The notes below the pieces were generated by a model that was given only the letters and a program-made list of their open reading frames with translations, had not been told where the DNA came from and ran no database searches. 64,000 nucleotides of DNA, from assembly GCF_009914755.1 (NCBI RefSeq), contig NC_060945.1; one strand, 5' to 3'. Every line of letters starts with the position of its first letter. Position 1 is the first letter of the stretch. Below are positions 12,781 through 28,000 of the stretch, in pieces. The position numbers and the translations under genes are program-made. This DNA comes from the human T2T-CHM13v2.0 reference genome, Homo sapiens.

Positions 12781-15700
12781 ATAACCCATTATTTTAAATT
12801 GATGACAACACTGATTGCATAAACAAAGATAAAACGAATAAAAACTCAACATTTTAATTTTATCTACCCACTTTTTAACCTTTTGCTGTTTGTGTCTTAT
12901 TATACTGTGTTTCAAAAAGTGGTCATACTTCTTATTTTTGATTGGTTCAACTTTTAGTGTTTCTACTTAAGATATGATTAGTTTACATATAACAATTACA
13001 GTGCTATAATATTCTGTGTTTTCCTGTGTACTTACTGGTGAGTTTGATACCTTCAGATAATTTTTTATTGCTCATTAATGTCATTTTCTCTTGGACTGAA
13101 GAACTCCCTTCAGTATTGTAGGACAGGTCTGGTGGTGGTGATGAAATCTCTCAGCTTTTTTTTTTTTTTTTTTTTTTGCGGGGAAAGTCTTTATTTATCT
13201 TTCATGTTTAAAGGATATTACCATGGGATATAGTATTATAGGATAAAATTTTTTTCCTCTAATACTTTAAATATCTCATGCCACTCTCTCCTGGCCTGTA
13301 AGGAAAAGTCTACTGCCAGATGTATTGCAGATATATTTTATTTTATTTGTTTCTTTTATCTTGCTGCTTTTAGGATTCTTTCTTGATCTTTAACTTTTAG
13401 AAGTTTGACTATTAAAACTTTGTTTATTGAGGGAGTCTTCTTCGGGTTATATCTGCTTAGTGTTCTATAACCTTCTTGTACTTGAACATTATCTTTCTCT
13501 AGGTTTGGGAAGTTCTGTGTTATTATCCTTTTGAATAAACTTTCTATCCCTATCTGTTTCTCTATCTCCTCTTTAAGGTGTATAACTTGAATTAGATTAA
13601 GATTTACTGTTTTGAGTTTATTTCTAGATTTTGCAGGTGTGTTTCATTCTTTTTAATTCTTCTTCTTCTTTTTTTTTTTTTTGGTCTGCTCTGACTGTGC
13701 AATTTCAAATAGCCTGTCTTCAAGCTTACCAATTCTTTCTTCTGCTTGATCAATTCTATTGAGACTCTGAAACATTCTTCAGTATGTCAATTGTATTTTT
13801 CGACTCCAGAATTTAGGCTTGAATCTTTTTGATTATTTTAATCTCTTTGTTAAAGTAATGTGATAGGATTCTGAATTCCTTCTCTGTGTTATCTTTAATT
13901 TCATTGAGTTTCCTTAAAAACAGCTACTTTGAATTCTGTATCTGAAAGATCACATATCTCTGTCTTTTCAGAATTGGTCCCTTATGTCTTATTTAGTTTG
14001 TTTGGTGAGGTCATGTTTTCATGGATGATCTTGATGCTTGTGAATGTTTGTCGGTGTCTTTCTGGGCATTGAATAGCTAAGCATTTATTGCAGTCTTCAT
14101 ACTCTGGGCTTGTGTGTATCCATTCATCTTGTGAAGGCTTTCCAGGCATTCAAAGGGACTTGGGTATTATAATCTATCTTTTTGGTCACTGCAGCCATAT
14201 CTGCATTAGGAGACACCCCAAGCCCAGTAATGACATGGCTCTTGCAGACTCAGAGGTACAAATTTGGTTGTCTTTGGTAAGATACAGAAGAATTCTCTGA
14301 GACTCTTGTTCTCTTCCCTTACTTTCTCCCAAACAGAGTCATTCTCTCTCTTTCTCTCTCTCTGTCCCCCCCACCCCCGCCCCTCTGTGCTGAGCTGCCT
14401 GGAGCTGTGAAGGGGTTACACTAGCAGCTCTGTGGCCTCCACCACCGGGACTGTGCTGGATCATACCTGAAGCCAGTACAGTACTGGCTGTCACCTGAGG
14501 CCCATGGTAACCATTGCCTGTCTACTGCCTATGTTTGCTCAAGGCCCTAGGGCTCTACAATCAGCAGGTGTCAAAGTCAGCCAGGCTTGTATTCTTTTCT
14601 TCAGGATGGCAAGATCTCCCTGGCCCTGGGCAGATCCAGAGATGCTGTCCAGGAGCCAGGGCCAAGAGTTGGAAACCTTAGAAATCTCTGTGGTGCTCTA
14701 TTCTACTGTGGCTCAGCTGACACTGAAGCCACAAGACAAAAAGTTCTTCCTGCTCATTCTTCCCTTTTCTACAAGGAGGGGAGTCTCTTCTCGTGGCCAC
14801 TACTGACCCAGGCCCACAGTGAGTACTTCCTGGCTACAGCTGATGTTCACTCAAGGTTCAAGGGCTCTTCAGCCAGCTTATGGTAAATTTTACCAGGCTT
14901 CTGACTCTCTCTTTGGGACAGTGGGCTCCCCTCTGGCCTAGGAGAGGTCCAGAAATGCTATCCCAGAGCCAAGGCCTAGAATTGGCAACCTCAAGAGGCT
15001 ACTTTGTGCTTTACCCCACGTGGCTGAGCTTGTACCTAAGTTGTAAGACAAAGTTTCCTTTACTCTTTCCACTCCTTTTCTCAAGCTGAAGGACACTCTC
15101 CACATAACCATGACAGCTGGGACTGTGCTGGGTCACATCTGAAGCCAGCACAGCTCTGAGTCTCACTCAAGGCTGACAAGTACAACCTGGGTATTGCTGC
15201 TCATTATTCAGGGACCAGGGGCTCTTTAGTCAGCAGATGAGGAATCTTTCCAGGACTGGGTTCTTCCCTTCAAGGCAGTAGGTTCCCTTCTGGCCCAGTG
15301 TGTGTCTAGAAATGTTGTCCAGGAGCTAGGACCTGGAATGGGAGGACTTAGGACTCTGCCTGGTGCCCTATTCTACTGTGGCTGAGATAGTATCCAAGTT
15401 CCAAGTCCTCTTTATTCTTCTCTCTCCTTTTCTCAAGTGGAAGATAGAATTTTCTCCTGGAGCTGCAAGCTGCAAGCTGAACTGCCTTGGGTTGGGGTAT
15501 AAGTGGTGCAAGGACTCCTAAGTCCACTGGCTCTGAGCCCCGCACAACACCAGGACTTGCCAGGAATTACAGTCCTTGTGAACTATACTGCCTTTCAAGT
15601 TTATTTAGCATCCCAGAGTACTTCATCCCAGGATGGTGAAGCTTGCCAGAACTCAGGTTCTGATTGCTGGAATGGGTCATTCTCCTCTGGCTAGGGCTGG

Positions 15701-16089
15701 TCTAAACACTCCCTTTGTGGTCTCTAGCTGAGTTATCCTCCATGTTGCTTTCTGCTGTGACAGAGCAGCACTGAGTTCCAGTGCAATGTCCCACAATCAC
15801 GGCACTTCCCCTCCCCGATGTGCACAGATTCTCTCTCTGTGCGACATGGCCACTGCCTGGGGGATGGGATGCAGGTGGTGTTGGCAATTTAAGACTCTTT
15901 CCTACTCTCTTCAGTGACTCCTTCAGCGATATGAGGTCAAAACCAGGTATGTGATTGCTCACCTAGCTTGGTTCTTATGAAGGTGCTTTTTTGTGTGTAT
16001 AGTTGTTCAGTGTGATGTTCTTGTGGGGAGGACAACTGGTGAAGTCTTGTATTCAATTATCTTGCTCTGCCTGCTCAGGTTAAAAACTC

Positions 16090-16638
16090 TGACTCCTCTT
16101 TTCGCATCTCCAGTAGACCCATCCAGTCCAATCCATTTATTGTACATAAAAACATCTAGAAATTTATTCCTCCTTATCACTTCCATAGCTACTACCTTGG
16201 TTAGGCTGCTATCATTTCTTACATGGTCTACTGCAAAGTCTCCTAATCATGAACTACTAAACAGAAGCAAAAGCAACTTTTGCTCTTGACCCCTCACAGT
16301 CTTATTTCAACACAGTAGCCAGAATGTCAGAGTAACTCTATCAAAACTCACATTACTTCTCCAAAGTTGTTCCATCACATTCAGAATAAAAGTTAAAGTC
16401 ATTAAAATGGCCTTCAAAGTTTACACTGTTTGGCACTTGTTACCTCTCTGAACCACCTCCTACTATCATCCCTGATTGAATTTTGTTCCAGCTACACATT
16501 ACTTTTGACTTGCCTCAAAATAACCAGGCATGCCTCTGCCTCAAAGACTCCCACCCAAGCCTCACCACTCCTGTTCATACACCTGCCTCTTTTCCTTTAA
16601 ATATTTATATATTTTATTCCCTTGCATCCTACACATGG

Positions 16639-16681
<43 letters not shown>

Positions 16682-16905
16682 CACACCCTGGCCGCATTCC
16701 TGCTGTATTTTGTTCCATAGCACTTGTCATTCAGTAGCATAAAATGTGTTTTAATTACATAGTCTCTTCATTTACTGTATATTCCCCCTCTCTGGTTTTG
16801 AGCTCTAGAAGGCAGGGATTTTCTGTTTTGTTCAGATCTGTACCTGTATTTAGGACACTGAACAGCATATAGGTGATACTCAATAACTATTGAATGAATG
16901 AGTTA
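16090..16905 (+). mobile_element. L2 3' portion
   Basis: CAACACAGTAGCCAGAATG, CAGAATAAAAG...AATGGCCT, and terminal CTCAATAACTATTGAATGAATGA. Confidence 0.75.
16641..16686. repeat. (CA)n microsatellite
   Basis: About 17 perfect CA units followed by CACT interruptions. Confidence 0.95.
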
Positions 16906-19729
16906 CTTAAGCTAGAGGAAAGCATGTCAAATTAAAAACAATCAATGGCCCAGCAATGAGTCCAAAAGGAAAAAGTTAGCATCAGAATCTCAACAGGTCA
17001 GGAAGAGGTTTGGTGGTCTTGGGACATTGTGAGTTAGACTAGGACATTCTGGAAATTCTATGCCTGAGACCCACAGGTTTCAAGATGGATTGATAAGTCA
17101 CTGCTTTTCAGTTGCCAACCATATTGGCCATTACTATCTTTCACATTTACTTTACTTTTTTTCCCCCACTTCTGGGGCTTACTAATTAATCATGATGGCA
17201 AAAGTCATCAATTTTGAAGAATTCATATATCAAGTGTGCAATAGTCACATATGGTTAGTGGTTCCTGTATTAGACAGAACCGACCTGGAACTTTTCAATC
17301 ATTGCACAAAGTTTTATTGATCGTGCCTCTCTAGGCTTGTTTTTGCTAGTTGCATTTTTTTATTTGTTTGTCCACCATAAATTTATTCATTTGAAAACAG
17401 TTATTCCATGATGAATATATGAGAGTCTATCTATTAAGAGTGGTAGTGAAATTTAAAGAACTTAGAATCCATGCAGAAAAATAAATCATAATTGTTACAC
17501 AATAAATGTTCCATTAGAAGCATATGCAGAGTACTAAATGGACAAAAATAAAGCAGTAATTAATTTTGCTTTGGGGATGGGAATGGTCATTTAATACATG
17601 CTTTGAGTCTTTCTTTTTGCTATGGTTATAACTGTCAGAAAGAAATAGCTGAACACTGATGTCTAATATGTTTATTGTTGAAAAAAATCCAATCGATATC
17701 AGTCTGAATGTTAACGAATAGCATGACTTTTCCACTGCCCAAACAATATCATAGTTAATAGCAATTTTGATGTCTGAAGCCACCATAATTGCTCTCAGAA
17801 ATCAATAGATCAATAAGAGACTCTTTTTGGTTTTAGATACAAGTATTGAACCACACATCATAGTTTGAAAAGGTTACTTTTGATCATGACAACCCGGACA
17901 AATTTAGAATTAGTTTGAAAAACAAATAGAAACAAGTGAATTCTTATTTTTAAAGCCTATACCTTTAGACTTAAAGCAGTACAAACATGCATTTACAATT
18001 TTATTATATATTATTTAAATTTCATGAGGCTTTGGGTGTTTTCATTGGATGTACAAATTTATTAAACTACAATAATTAATAAATAAAGCCACAGCTAAAC
18101 AATTTTCTAAACACACTCAGAATTTATCTACATTATAGTTTAAAAAGTAAATTATAAAAAATTAACTGGGACAATATTTAATACCTGAAATTTAATCAGG
18201 AAAAGTTTTATAGAAAGCTTTCTGTAAATATTCACTTGAATTGAGAATTTCTAAATTCATCTCTTTCTTTGATTCTTTCTTCATCTATATAAAAATTGTG
18301 TGTTGATATTCTTCTATGACAATGTCATGTTTGAAACATTTCTCTCCAAGGGAAATAATCCCGCAATGAGATGTGTAAATACCATGCTTATCTTAGCTGG
18401 AACTACAAACAAAGATGAAAGCAAAAAGCCTATGTCCATCATGTTATTTGGAGGAAGTGATGGCATTATCATTTAAAGAGCAATTGCTTGTATTGATTGC
18501 ATTCAGCATTTAGGAAACACTAATAGAGATGGAGATGTGATGGTTTGTTTGTTTTCGAAGAAGTTAGGTAATGTCAAACAAATGATCTGGGTCCAAATCT
18601 GACATATGAACAATTCTTCTTTCAGCATATGTTACTGGAATTGCAAGTAATGATTTGATCGAAGATACATCTTTTGAGACACTCTTATAATTTAGTCAGC
18701 TTTACTGGTTTAGATTGTTATTTGGACATTTTCAACCTTTAATAACTGTAAGGCTTGTACCAGTACAGATTACTTATTGCTTATAAAATGATTATTAGCA
18801 AGTTAAAATGCCTACATTTTCTAAGGAGGTAGAAAGAAATCTTTCCTGACCTAGAATCCAAACAAAATGTCCCAAAGGTACTGAACATTTTCTCTTATTT
18901 AGTATACACCAACTAAACAACCGAATGCTATTATTGCCCAGTTCTGTTTTGCCTGTGTTGGGACACAAAAAACACTTTTCAGTTATTGCAACTAACATTG
19001 TTTGAGTACAGTAGCATGCTTCTAGTCATTCACTGGGAATGAAATTGGGGTGGATGAAATTAATGGAAAGATAGAAGAAAAGAAAATACTCTGAGGTAGA
19101 CTTGGGTGTAAAGGATGCCCAGCTGAGATTGGAGTATAAACTTGAACAAGGATGGAGAAAATAAGACTAGATACTAAGAACTTGGGGTCATCTGATTGAA
19201 TTATGGCTGGGTATCTTCAAAGCCACCTAGCATAGTCAATGGAGATTTCAATTAGGACTGTATACAAGTATAGGGGTTTTTATCTATAAAATTGAGGCAG
19301 CAGGAAAAAGAGCTGAGACCAGCAAATAGGAAATGAGTCAAGTCAAAATGAGTTTATTTATCAAATGTTAGAGTTCAGGCAGTCACTATCCCCACCAGTT
19401 TTTTCCAGTGATCTGGATTGACAAGTGGGAAGGAGGGAAAGACCCTTAATAACTTTTTCATCTTAATAACTATTTCTTCTATACTGGGAAGGTGCAAGCC
19501 AGAAATTCTAAAATATGTGGGGAACAATGCCAAGTCTTTTCTCAAGAAGTTCAATGAGTCTAAAGTCACTTTTTTTCTATCCGTAGACTCTAATAAATTT
19601 GCAATGCCAACTTTGTCATCCACCTATTTCTTCCCTGTATCCAATTTCCTTATTACTGGTTTAAATTTTGACTTGTATTATTACATTAGCCTGATATTCT
19701 CCCCTCTTGACCTTCATAAGTCTTATTTA

Positions 19730-19990
19730 TCCATTAAGAAATGTTGAAAGTCACCTCAGTTCTAAAGCTTTATCATGTCTGTTCATTATATTGGATCACA
19801 CCTTCCTCTGACCTTTCTCGTTACTTTAAGTAGTAATTATTTTATAATATGGTTCAGTTTGTTCCATATTTTTCCTACTAGACTGCATGCTTAGAATGGA
19901 TAAGACTAGTGTTTTAATTATCTTTCAATCGCTCTAGCACCTAGCGAAATTCTTCCCATACAGTACACGCCAATAAATGTCTATTCAATC
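19730..19990 (+). mobile_element. L2 3' end fragment (degenerate)
   Basis: CCTACTAGACTG...CTCTAGCACCTAGC...CAATAAATGTCTATT. Confidence 0.55.
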
Positions 19991-20769
19991 AGATTATAAC
20001 CTATCTACACATATTATAAGCCTGGTTCAATCACTTATTGTCTTCAGAGAGATTTTTTGCCTGTCTTGCCATTAGCTCTTCATTTGCAAATTGAGGAAGC
20101 AATCTACTTTCACTGAATATGTAAAATAATTTTAGACTTAAGGAATGCATATATGGAAGAACCAGGAACAGCAGTTATAGACTCATCACGTACGTCTCGA
20201 ACATCTAAAATTTGACAAGCACTCTTCTAGGTACTGTTAATTACTAGAAGAGTCTTATCAGGGCCAACTTAGTACAGAGAACATTTGAACTGAGCCAGAA
20301 TCACTTAGGCGATAGTCACCTTATGTCCCTAACTTACAGCGTAGACCAATCTCACACACAGCTGCATTGTTTGAAAGATTCTTTAAAAAATAGTATAGAA
20401 ATAATAAGAGTGTAAAATTAACAACATACATACATACAGTTAGAGGAAAACATAGCATCCAAAAGGATAAAAATGGTAAACCAAAATGATATTTAACAAG
20501 AAAATATAAGCAAAGATATTCATGATAAAACAACTGTAATAAATCTAAGAAAAATTAAATAAATAATTTTCACAAAGAAGGTACTTTGTTCTGTGACTGT
20601 CCATGATTGGCAGCCGTCTTGCCTCATAATTGTCTCCCAGTTTGAACTCACTTTAGGTAATCCATAAAAGGAAGAGAGAACTCAGGCTTATTTGCTTTCT
20701 CAAACATGAAAAAAAAAAAAAGGTTTTATCAGAATCTCCTGCTTTGGGAACTCCTCTTCTTTCATTCTA

Positions 20770-21115
20770 TGATAATCTTGTGCAGTCCAGGTAGGGCTAG
20801 TCCTCCTACCTACAAACTTCCACCTCAGGAGATAGGCAATTGATCTTCTCCAGCATGAAAGCAGGAGCAATCAGGTTTGCAGGAATTTATTTTATGTGGA
20901 AGGAATACGTCTAATAATAAGATCAAACATAGCAGAGAGATATATAAAGAGGCATCGTCTTGACGATATCTTTTGAATCCCTTCATTCAGCCTTCTTCAA
21001 ATTTAGTTCAATTCCTTGACTCCCAGGTATGTTGGGCTACTGTATTGTCTTTGGCCTTAAGTTAGTTTGAGTTGAAATATATACTTACATCTGAACAGCA
21101 ATCCAGATTAATGCT
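20770..21115 (+). mobile_element. Ancient LTR fragment (LTR16/33- or MLT1-like)
   Basis: 3' end TTAAGTTAGTTTGAGTTG...TACTTACATCTGAA...GATTAATGC resembles old ERVL/MaLR LTR termini. Confidence 0.4.
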
Positions 21116-22117
21116 TTTTCTTTCAGTCTTATATTTAGCATATTTAGCTTGTCCTTAAGTCATCGATGATTCAGGGACCAAGTTAATTCTTGAATTTGCC
21201 ATTTGATTTGGGTTTCCTCCTAATGGTTATTCTGAAGGATTTGGTTGGTTCTGGAATTTGGAGCCCTAACTATTATGAAACACTGGTTAATCCTGAAGAG
21301 GCATACATCTGGAGAACTCGCTACTTCTATCTATGAGTTTACTCTCAAACTTCTTGGGAAATCTTAACTAAATTGGTCTCTCTGCATGGGGAGGATACAG
21401 TGACATTTTTATCTGGGTGAAATTACCATTAAACTCCATTTAAGCAATTAACAAAGAGGTTTTTAATATTGTTTAGCTTTGGAGTCAAATAATTTTTTTC
21501 CTTTGGTATTATTTATCTTTTTCCTTTTTTTGCAATGCTAAGATATGCAAAATATACATTTACATTATTTCTTCTCTTATATGTTAATTTCTTACTTTAT
21601 GTTCCCTTTTCTTATTTCCTTCCTTTCTTTCTTGTTTTTTTATGGTTTGTTGGATTGATTGATACATAACAATTGTACATATTTATGGGGTACGTGTAAT
21701 ATTTTGATATATGCATATGAAGTATAATGATTAAATCAGGGTGATTGGAATATCCATTACTTCAAATATTTATCATTTCTTTGTGATGAGAACATACCAA
21801 ATCTTTTCTTCTAGCTATTTTAAAATAGACGATAAATTTTTGATAACTATAGTCCTCGCATTATGCTATAAACCACTACAACACATTTCTTCTATCTAAC
21901 TGTGTTTTTGTACCCATTAACAAGCCTCTCTTCATTTATTCTTCCCCATTACACTTCCCACTCATAGGTAACAACAATTCTACTCTCTACTTCTAGGAGA
22001 TTCATTTTTTTAGCTTCCAAATGTGAGTGAGAACATGCTGTATTTGTGTTTTTGTGCCTGGCTTGTTTCATTCACATAATGTCCTCCAAGCTCATTCATG
22101 TTGTTGCAAATGACAAG

Positions 22118-22487
22118 CGTATTAGTCAGTTTTCGCACTGCTATAAAAAATACCTGAGACTGGGTAATTTATAAAGGAAAGAGGTTTAATTGACTCACAG
22201 TTCCACATGGCTGGGGAGGAATCAGGAAACTTACAATTATGGTGGAAGGCAAAAAGGAAGCAAGCACCTTCTTCATGAGGTGGCAGGTGAGAGAAAAAGA
22301 GAAGCGGGGAAGTCCCAGACACTTATCACACAACCAGATCTCGTGAGAACTCCCTTAATATCATAAGAACAGCATGGGGGAAACCGCCCCCATGATCCCA
22401 TCACCTCCCAACAGGTTCCTCCCATGACACGTGGAGATTACAATTCAAGATGAGATTTGGGTGGGGACACAGATCCAAACCATATCA
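22118..22487 (-). mobile_element. MSTA/THE1-family solo LTR
   Basis: GTATTAGTCAGTTTTCGCACTGCTATAAA...GGGGACACAGATCCAAACCATATCA; degenerate TSD ACAAG/GCAGG. Confidence 0.9.
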
Positions 22488-22733
22488 GCAGGATTTCATC
22501 CTTTTTTATTGCTGAAAAATATTACAATATATACCACATTTTCTTTATTCGTTAGTCTGTTTATAGACAAGTAATTTAGTTCCATATCTTGGCTTTTGTT
22601 AACAGTGCTGGCATAAATGTGGAAGTGCATATATCTTTTTGATATACTGATTTTCTTTCTTTTGCATATATACTCAGCAATGGGGGGTGCTGGATCACAT
22701 GGTAGTTTTATTTTTAGTTTTCTAAGGAATCTT

Positions 22734-25005
22734 TGTGTTAGTCCATTCTCATGCTGCTATAAAGAACTGGCTGAGACTGAGTAATTCATATGGGAAAGAG
22801 GTTTAATTGGCTTACAGTTTTGCAGGGCTGGGGAGGCCTCAGGAAACTTACAATCATGTCAGAAGGGGAACCAAACAGATCCTTACCCACATGATGGCAG
22901 GAAGGAGAAGTGCCAAGCAAAAGGGGGAAAAGCCCCTTACAAAACCATCAGATCTCAGGAGAACTCACTTATTATGAGAACAGCAGCATGAGGGTAACTG
23001 CCCCCCCGACTCAATAACCTCCCATTGCGTCCTTCCCAGCAGAGGTGGGGATTATAGGAACTACGATTCAAGATGAGATTTGGGTGGGGACACAGCCAAA
23101 CCATATCATGTCACCCTGGCCCCTCTCAAATATCATATCCTTACATTTCAAAACCAATTATGCCTTCCCAACAGTCCCCCAAAGTCTTAACTTATTCCAG
23201 CATTAACCCAAAAGTCCAAGTCCAAAGTCTCATCTGAGACAAGTCAAGTCCCTTTCACCTATGAGCCTGCAAGTTAGTTACTTCCTAGATACAATGGGGT
23301 ACAGGCATTGGGTAAATACACCCATTTAAAATGGGGAAATATTGGCCAAAACAAAGGGGCTACAGACCCCATATAAGTACAAAATTCAGTGGGGCAGTCA
23401 CATCATAAAGCTCCAAAATTATCTCCTTTGACTCCATGTCCCACATCCAAGTCACACTGATGCAAGAGGTGGGCTCCCAGGGCCTTGGGCAGCTTCACAC
23501 ATGTAGCTTTACTGTGTACAGTCCCACTCTGGGCTGCTTTCACAGGCTGGCATTGAGTGTGGCTTTTCCAGGTACACTGTGCAAGCTGTCAGTGGATCTA
23601 CCATTTGAGGTCTGGAGGATGGTGGCCCTCTTCTCACAGCTCCACCAGGCAGCGCCCCAGTGGGGACTCTGTATGGGGGCTGTGATCCTACATTTCCCTT
23701 CCACACTGACCTAGCAGAGGTTCTCCATGAGGGTTCTGCCCTGCAGCAGACTTCTGTCTGGACATCCTCTGAAATCTAGGCAGAAGTTCCCAAACCTCAG
23801 TTCTTAACTTCTGTGTACCTGCAGGCTCAACAGCATGTGGAAGCTGCTAAGGCTTGGGGCTTGCACCCTCTGAAGCCATGGCCTGAACTGTACCTTGTCC
23901 ACTTTCAGCCACAGCTTGAGTGGCTGGGATGTAGGACACCAAGTCCCTAGGCTGCACACAGTAGGGGGGATTTGGGCCTGGCCCACAAAACCATTTTTTC
24001 ATCCTAGACCTCTAGGTTCATGATGAGAGAGGCTGCCACAAAGGTCCCTGACATACCCTGGAGACATCCCCATTGTCTTGGTGATTAACATTGGGCTCCT
24101 CATTACTTATGCAAATTTCTGCAGTCAGCTTGAATTTCTCCCCAGAGAATGGGTTTTTCTTTCCTATTTCGTTGCCAGGCTGCAAAAATTCCAAACTTTT
24201 GTGCTCTGTTTCCTCTTGAACACTTCACTGCTTAGAAATTTCTTCCACCGGTCAAGTTCAAAATTCCACAGATCTCTGGGGCAGGGACAAAATGCCACCA
24301 GTCTCTTTGCATAGCAAGAGCAACCTTTACTTCAGTTCCCGGCAAGTTTCTCATCTCCATCTGAGACCACCTCAGCCTGGACTTCATTGTCCATATTAGT
24401 ATCAGCATTTTGGTCAAAGCTATTTAACAAGTCTCTAGGAAGTTTCAAACTTTCTCACATCTTCCTGTCTTCCTAGCCCTCAAAGTCTCTTAGAAGTTGC
24501 AAACTTTCCCACATTTTTGTCTTTTGAGCCCTCTAAACTGTTCCAACCTCTGCCTGTTACCCAGTTCCAAAGTCGCTTCCACATTTTTGGGTATCTTTAT
24601 AGCAACACCCCACTCTGCAGTATCAATTTACTGTATTAGTCCAATCTCATGCTACTGTAAAGAACTGCCTGAGACTTGGTAATTTATAAGGGAAAGAAGT
24701 TTTATTGACTCACAGTTCCACAGGGCTGGGGAGTCCTCAGGAAACTTACAGTCATGGCAGAACTGAAAGCAAACATGTCTTTCACATGATGACAGGAAGG
24801 AGAAGTGCCAAATAAAAGGGAAAATGCCCCTTGTAAAACCATCAGATCTCAAGAGAGCTCACTCACTATCAGGAGAACAGCAACATGGGGGTAATTGCCC
24901 CCATGATTTAATTACCTCCCACAGGGTCCCTCCCAAGACACATGGATATTATGGGAACTACAATTAAAGGTGAGATTTGGGTGGGGACACAGCCAAACCA
25001 TATCA
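22734..25005 (-). mobile_element. Complete THE1 (THE1C/D-like) MaLR: LTR 22734-23108, internal 23109-24631, LTR 24632-25005
   Basis: Two co-oriented ~375-bp LTRs, both ending CAGCCAAACCATATCA; ~1.5-kb THE1-int sequence; 5-bp TSD ATCTT/ACCTT; purine-rich tract next to the 3' LTR on the minus strand. Confidence 0.93.
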
Positions 25006-28000
25006 ACCTTCATACTGTTTTATATAGTGGCTATACAAATTTACATTCTCACCAACAGAGTATGAGAGTTCCCCTTTCTCCACATCCTCCCAAACTCTGT
25101 TATTTTTTGTCTTTTTGATAATAGACATTTTAATTGGGATAAGTTTATGTCTTATTGTGGTGTTGATTTGTATTTCCATGATTATTAGGGATATCCAGCA
25201 TTTTTTATATACCTGTTGGCCATTTGTATGTCTTCTTTTGAGATATTTCTATTCAGTTCATTTGCCCATTTTTAATTGGTTAGTTGTATTTTTTTTTTTG
25301 CTGATGCATTATTTGAGTTCCTTATATATTAAAATTATTAGTCCCCTGTCAAATAGATAGTTTGCAAATATTTTCTCCCATTCTGTAAGTTGTCTCTTCA
25401 CTCTGTTGATTGTTGCTGTACTGTGCTGAAGCATTTTAGCTTGATGTAATCCCATTTGTCTATTTTTACTTTTGTATCCTGTGTTTTTGACATCTTAGCC
25501 CCCAAAATATTTGTCCAGACTAATGTCCTGAAGTGCTGTCCCAATATTTTCATTTAGTAGTTACAGAGCTTCAGGTCTTACATTTAAGTTATTAATCATT
25601 TAAATTTGATTTTTGTATATGATAGTCCATTTCCTCTTATGTAAGCATAACTACTCTTGCATGCTTTTGGTTTCCACTTGCATGGAATATCTTTTTTTCA
25701 TCCCTTCACTTGCAGTCTATGTGTGTCTTTACAAGTGAAGTCAGATTTTCGTAGGTAGCATATAGTTCAGTCACTTTTAAGTCCATTCAGCCAGTGTACA
25801 TCTTCTAATTGAGGAATTTAAACTATTTACATTCAAACTTATTATTGATAGGTAAGGACTTACTCTTGTCATTTAAAAATTGTTTTCTTCTTGTTTTATA
25901 TATTTTTGTTTGTTTCTTTCTTTCTCTCTTATTTCTTATCTTAATGATTTGGTGGCTTTCTGTACTAACAATGTTTGATTTCTTTTTCATTTATTTATCT
26001 GATCTTCCAATGATGTTTATACTTACATGTATTTTACAATGGTAGATATTGTTCTTTCATTTCCAGATATAGGACTCCCTTAAGCATTTCTTGTAGGCCT
26101 GATCTAGTCATGAATTCTCATAATTTTTGTTTGTTCATGGAAAACTTTATTTCTCTTTCATTTTTGAATAATAGCTTTGATGGATATAGTATTCTTGGCT
26201 CACAGTTTTTTTTTTTCTTTCAGCACTTTGACTATATCATCCCATTCTCTTTCTGCTGAGATATCTGTGATTAGTCTGATGATAATCCTTTTGTATGTGA
26301 TTTGATGCTTTTCTTTTGCTGTTTTTAGAATTATCTTTGTCTTTGGTTTTTGACAGTTTGACTATAATGTGCCTTGGAGAGGATCTTTTTGGGTTCAATT
26401 CATTTGTGGTTCTTTGAGCTTCCTGTATCTGGATGTCAATATCTCTTGCAAGACTTATGAAGTTTTCAGCCATTATTTTGTTAAATAGGTTTTCTTTGCT
26501 TTTTTCCATCATTTCTCCTTCTGGAACTACCAAAATTGAAATATTTGTTCACTTGAGGGTGTCCCATGTGTCACATAGGTTTTCTTCATGCTTTTTAATT
26601 CTTTTTTTTAGTCTAATTGGATTATTCCAAAACGCTTGTCTTCAAGTTTAGAAATTCTTTCTTCTGCTTAATCTAGTCTTTTGTTGAAGCTCTCAATTGT
26701 ATTTTTAAATTTTGTTTGTTGAATTCTACAGTTCTGTGATTTATGTTTGGTCCCTTTTTATATCTCTTTATTGAATTTCTCATTGAGATCATTGTTTTCC
26801 TGATTTTTAAATATTGTTTATCTGCATTCTCTTATATCTTGCTGAGTTTCTTTAACATCATGATTTTGAATTCCTTCTCAGGCATTTTATGGATTTCCTT
26901 TTCTTTAGGATTTCTTACTGAAAAACTATTGTGTTCTCTTGGAGATACCATGTTTCCTTAATTTTTAATGTTTCTTACTTCCTTATGTTGATATGTGCAC
27001 ATCTTGTGTAATTGTCACTTCTTTTAGTTTTATGGAGTGGGTTCTGTAGAGACTTCTCTCTTTCAATCATCTCAATTAGATAGAATGCTTTCATTTTCTT
27101 CCTGGTTAGGTACCATAGTATAGTCTTAGTATGACTTATTTGGCTATAAGCAACACACGTTATGTCTGTGAATTCTTTAGTGTCTCAGGCTGCGGTTGTT
27201 TGGATACTCTGGTAAGGCTTTGCTGTCAATGGGTGTGCCAAATGAGCTGGTCCTCAGGACCCTAGATGGCACTTACAGGTATCAGCATTAGTGGTGGCAG
27301 GCCCCTGTTGGTCTCATATTTGAGCCTCTGAGCAGGGTGCACAGACACCATTAGGGGCAGCAGGACAGTTGTGCCAGTCCTCAGGATCCAGAGTGATGTG
27401 CATGGGCACTGGTAGTGTCAATGAATGGTGGGTCTATCCTTGGGTTTATGAGAGGTACCCATAAGCACTGGTAGTATTGGCAGTGGGGGAGTGGGGTTGC
27501 TCTGTCAGCCTCTGTGTAGGGTGCATCAGCACCAATGGGATGGGTGGCAAGGTGGACAGACTGCTCCTCAAGACCCCAAGTGGGATGCATAAGCCTGCAG
27601 TGACTCCAGTGCTGGAGGGAGGTAGGTTTGCTTTTGGTGGTAGTGGCCTCAGGTTGGTGGCTTTCAGGCTTTGAGGAGCTCATGCTTCAGTTTAGTTATC
27701 TATGTTCTCAGGAGAGCCTCCCTGATGTGCTGGACTGTCTCTATCCTGGGTTATAGGGTACTGCGTGGGCTCAGGTGCTGGTGGTGTGGTTGCAATCCTG
27801 AGGCTCTCTGCACTAATGTGGGGGGATCTTTGTGGGTCCCTGAGGATTTGGAAATGCAAGAGCTATTTGGCTTCAGGGCAGGATGTAGTCTAGTATGGGC
27901 TTTACTCAGAAAATAGTGGTGTGCTACAGCAACTTGGACACTGAAAGGTGGGAACCTGCACTAATTCCTTCTCTGAAACAATGCAGTTGTGTGATGTCCT

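Noticed and set aside
23436-24417. ORFs inside the THE1 internal region
   Set aside because: Short broken fragments of the degenerate MaLR internal sequence.
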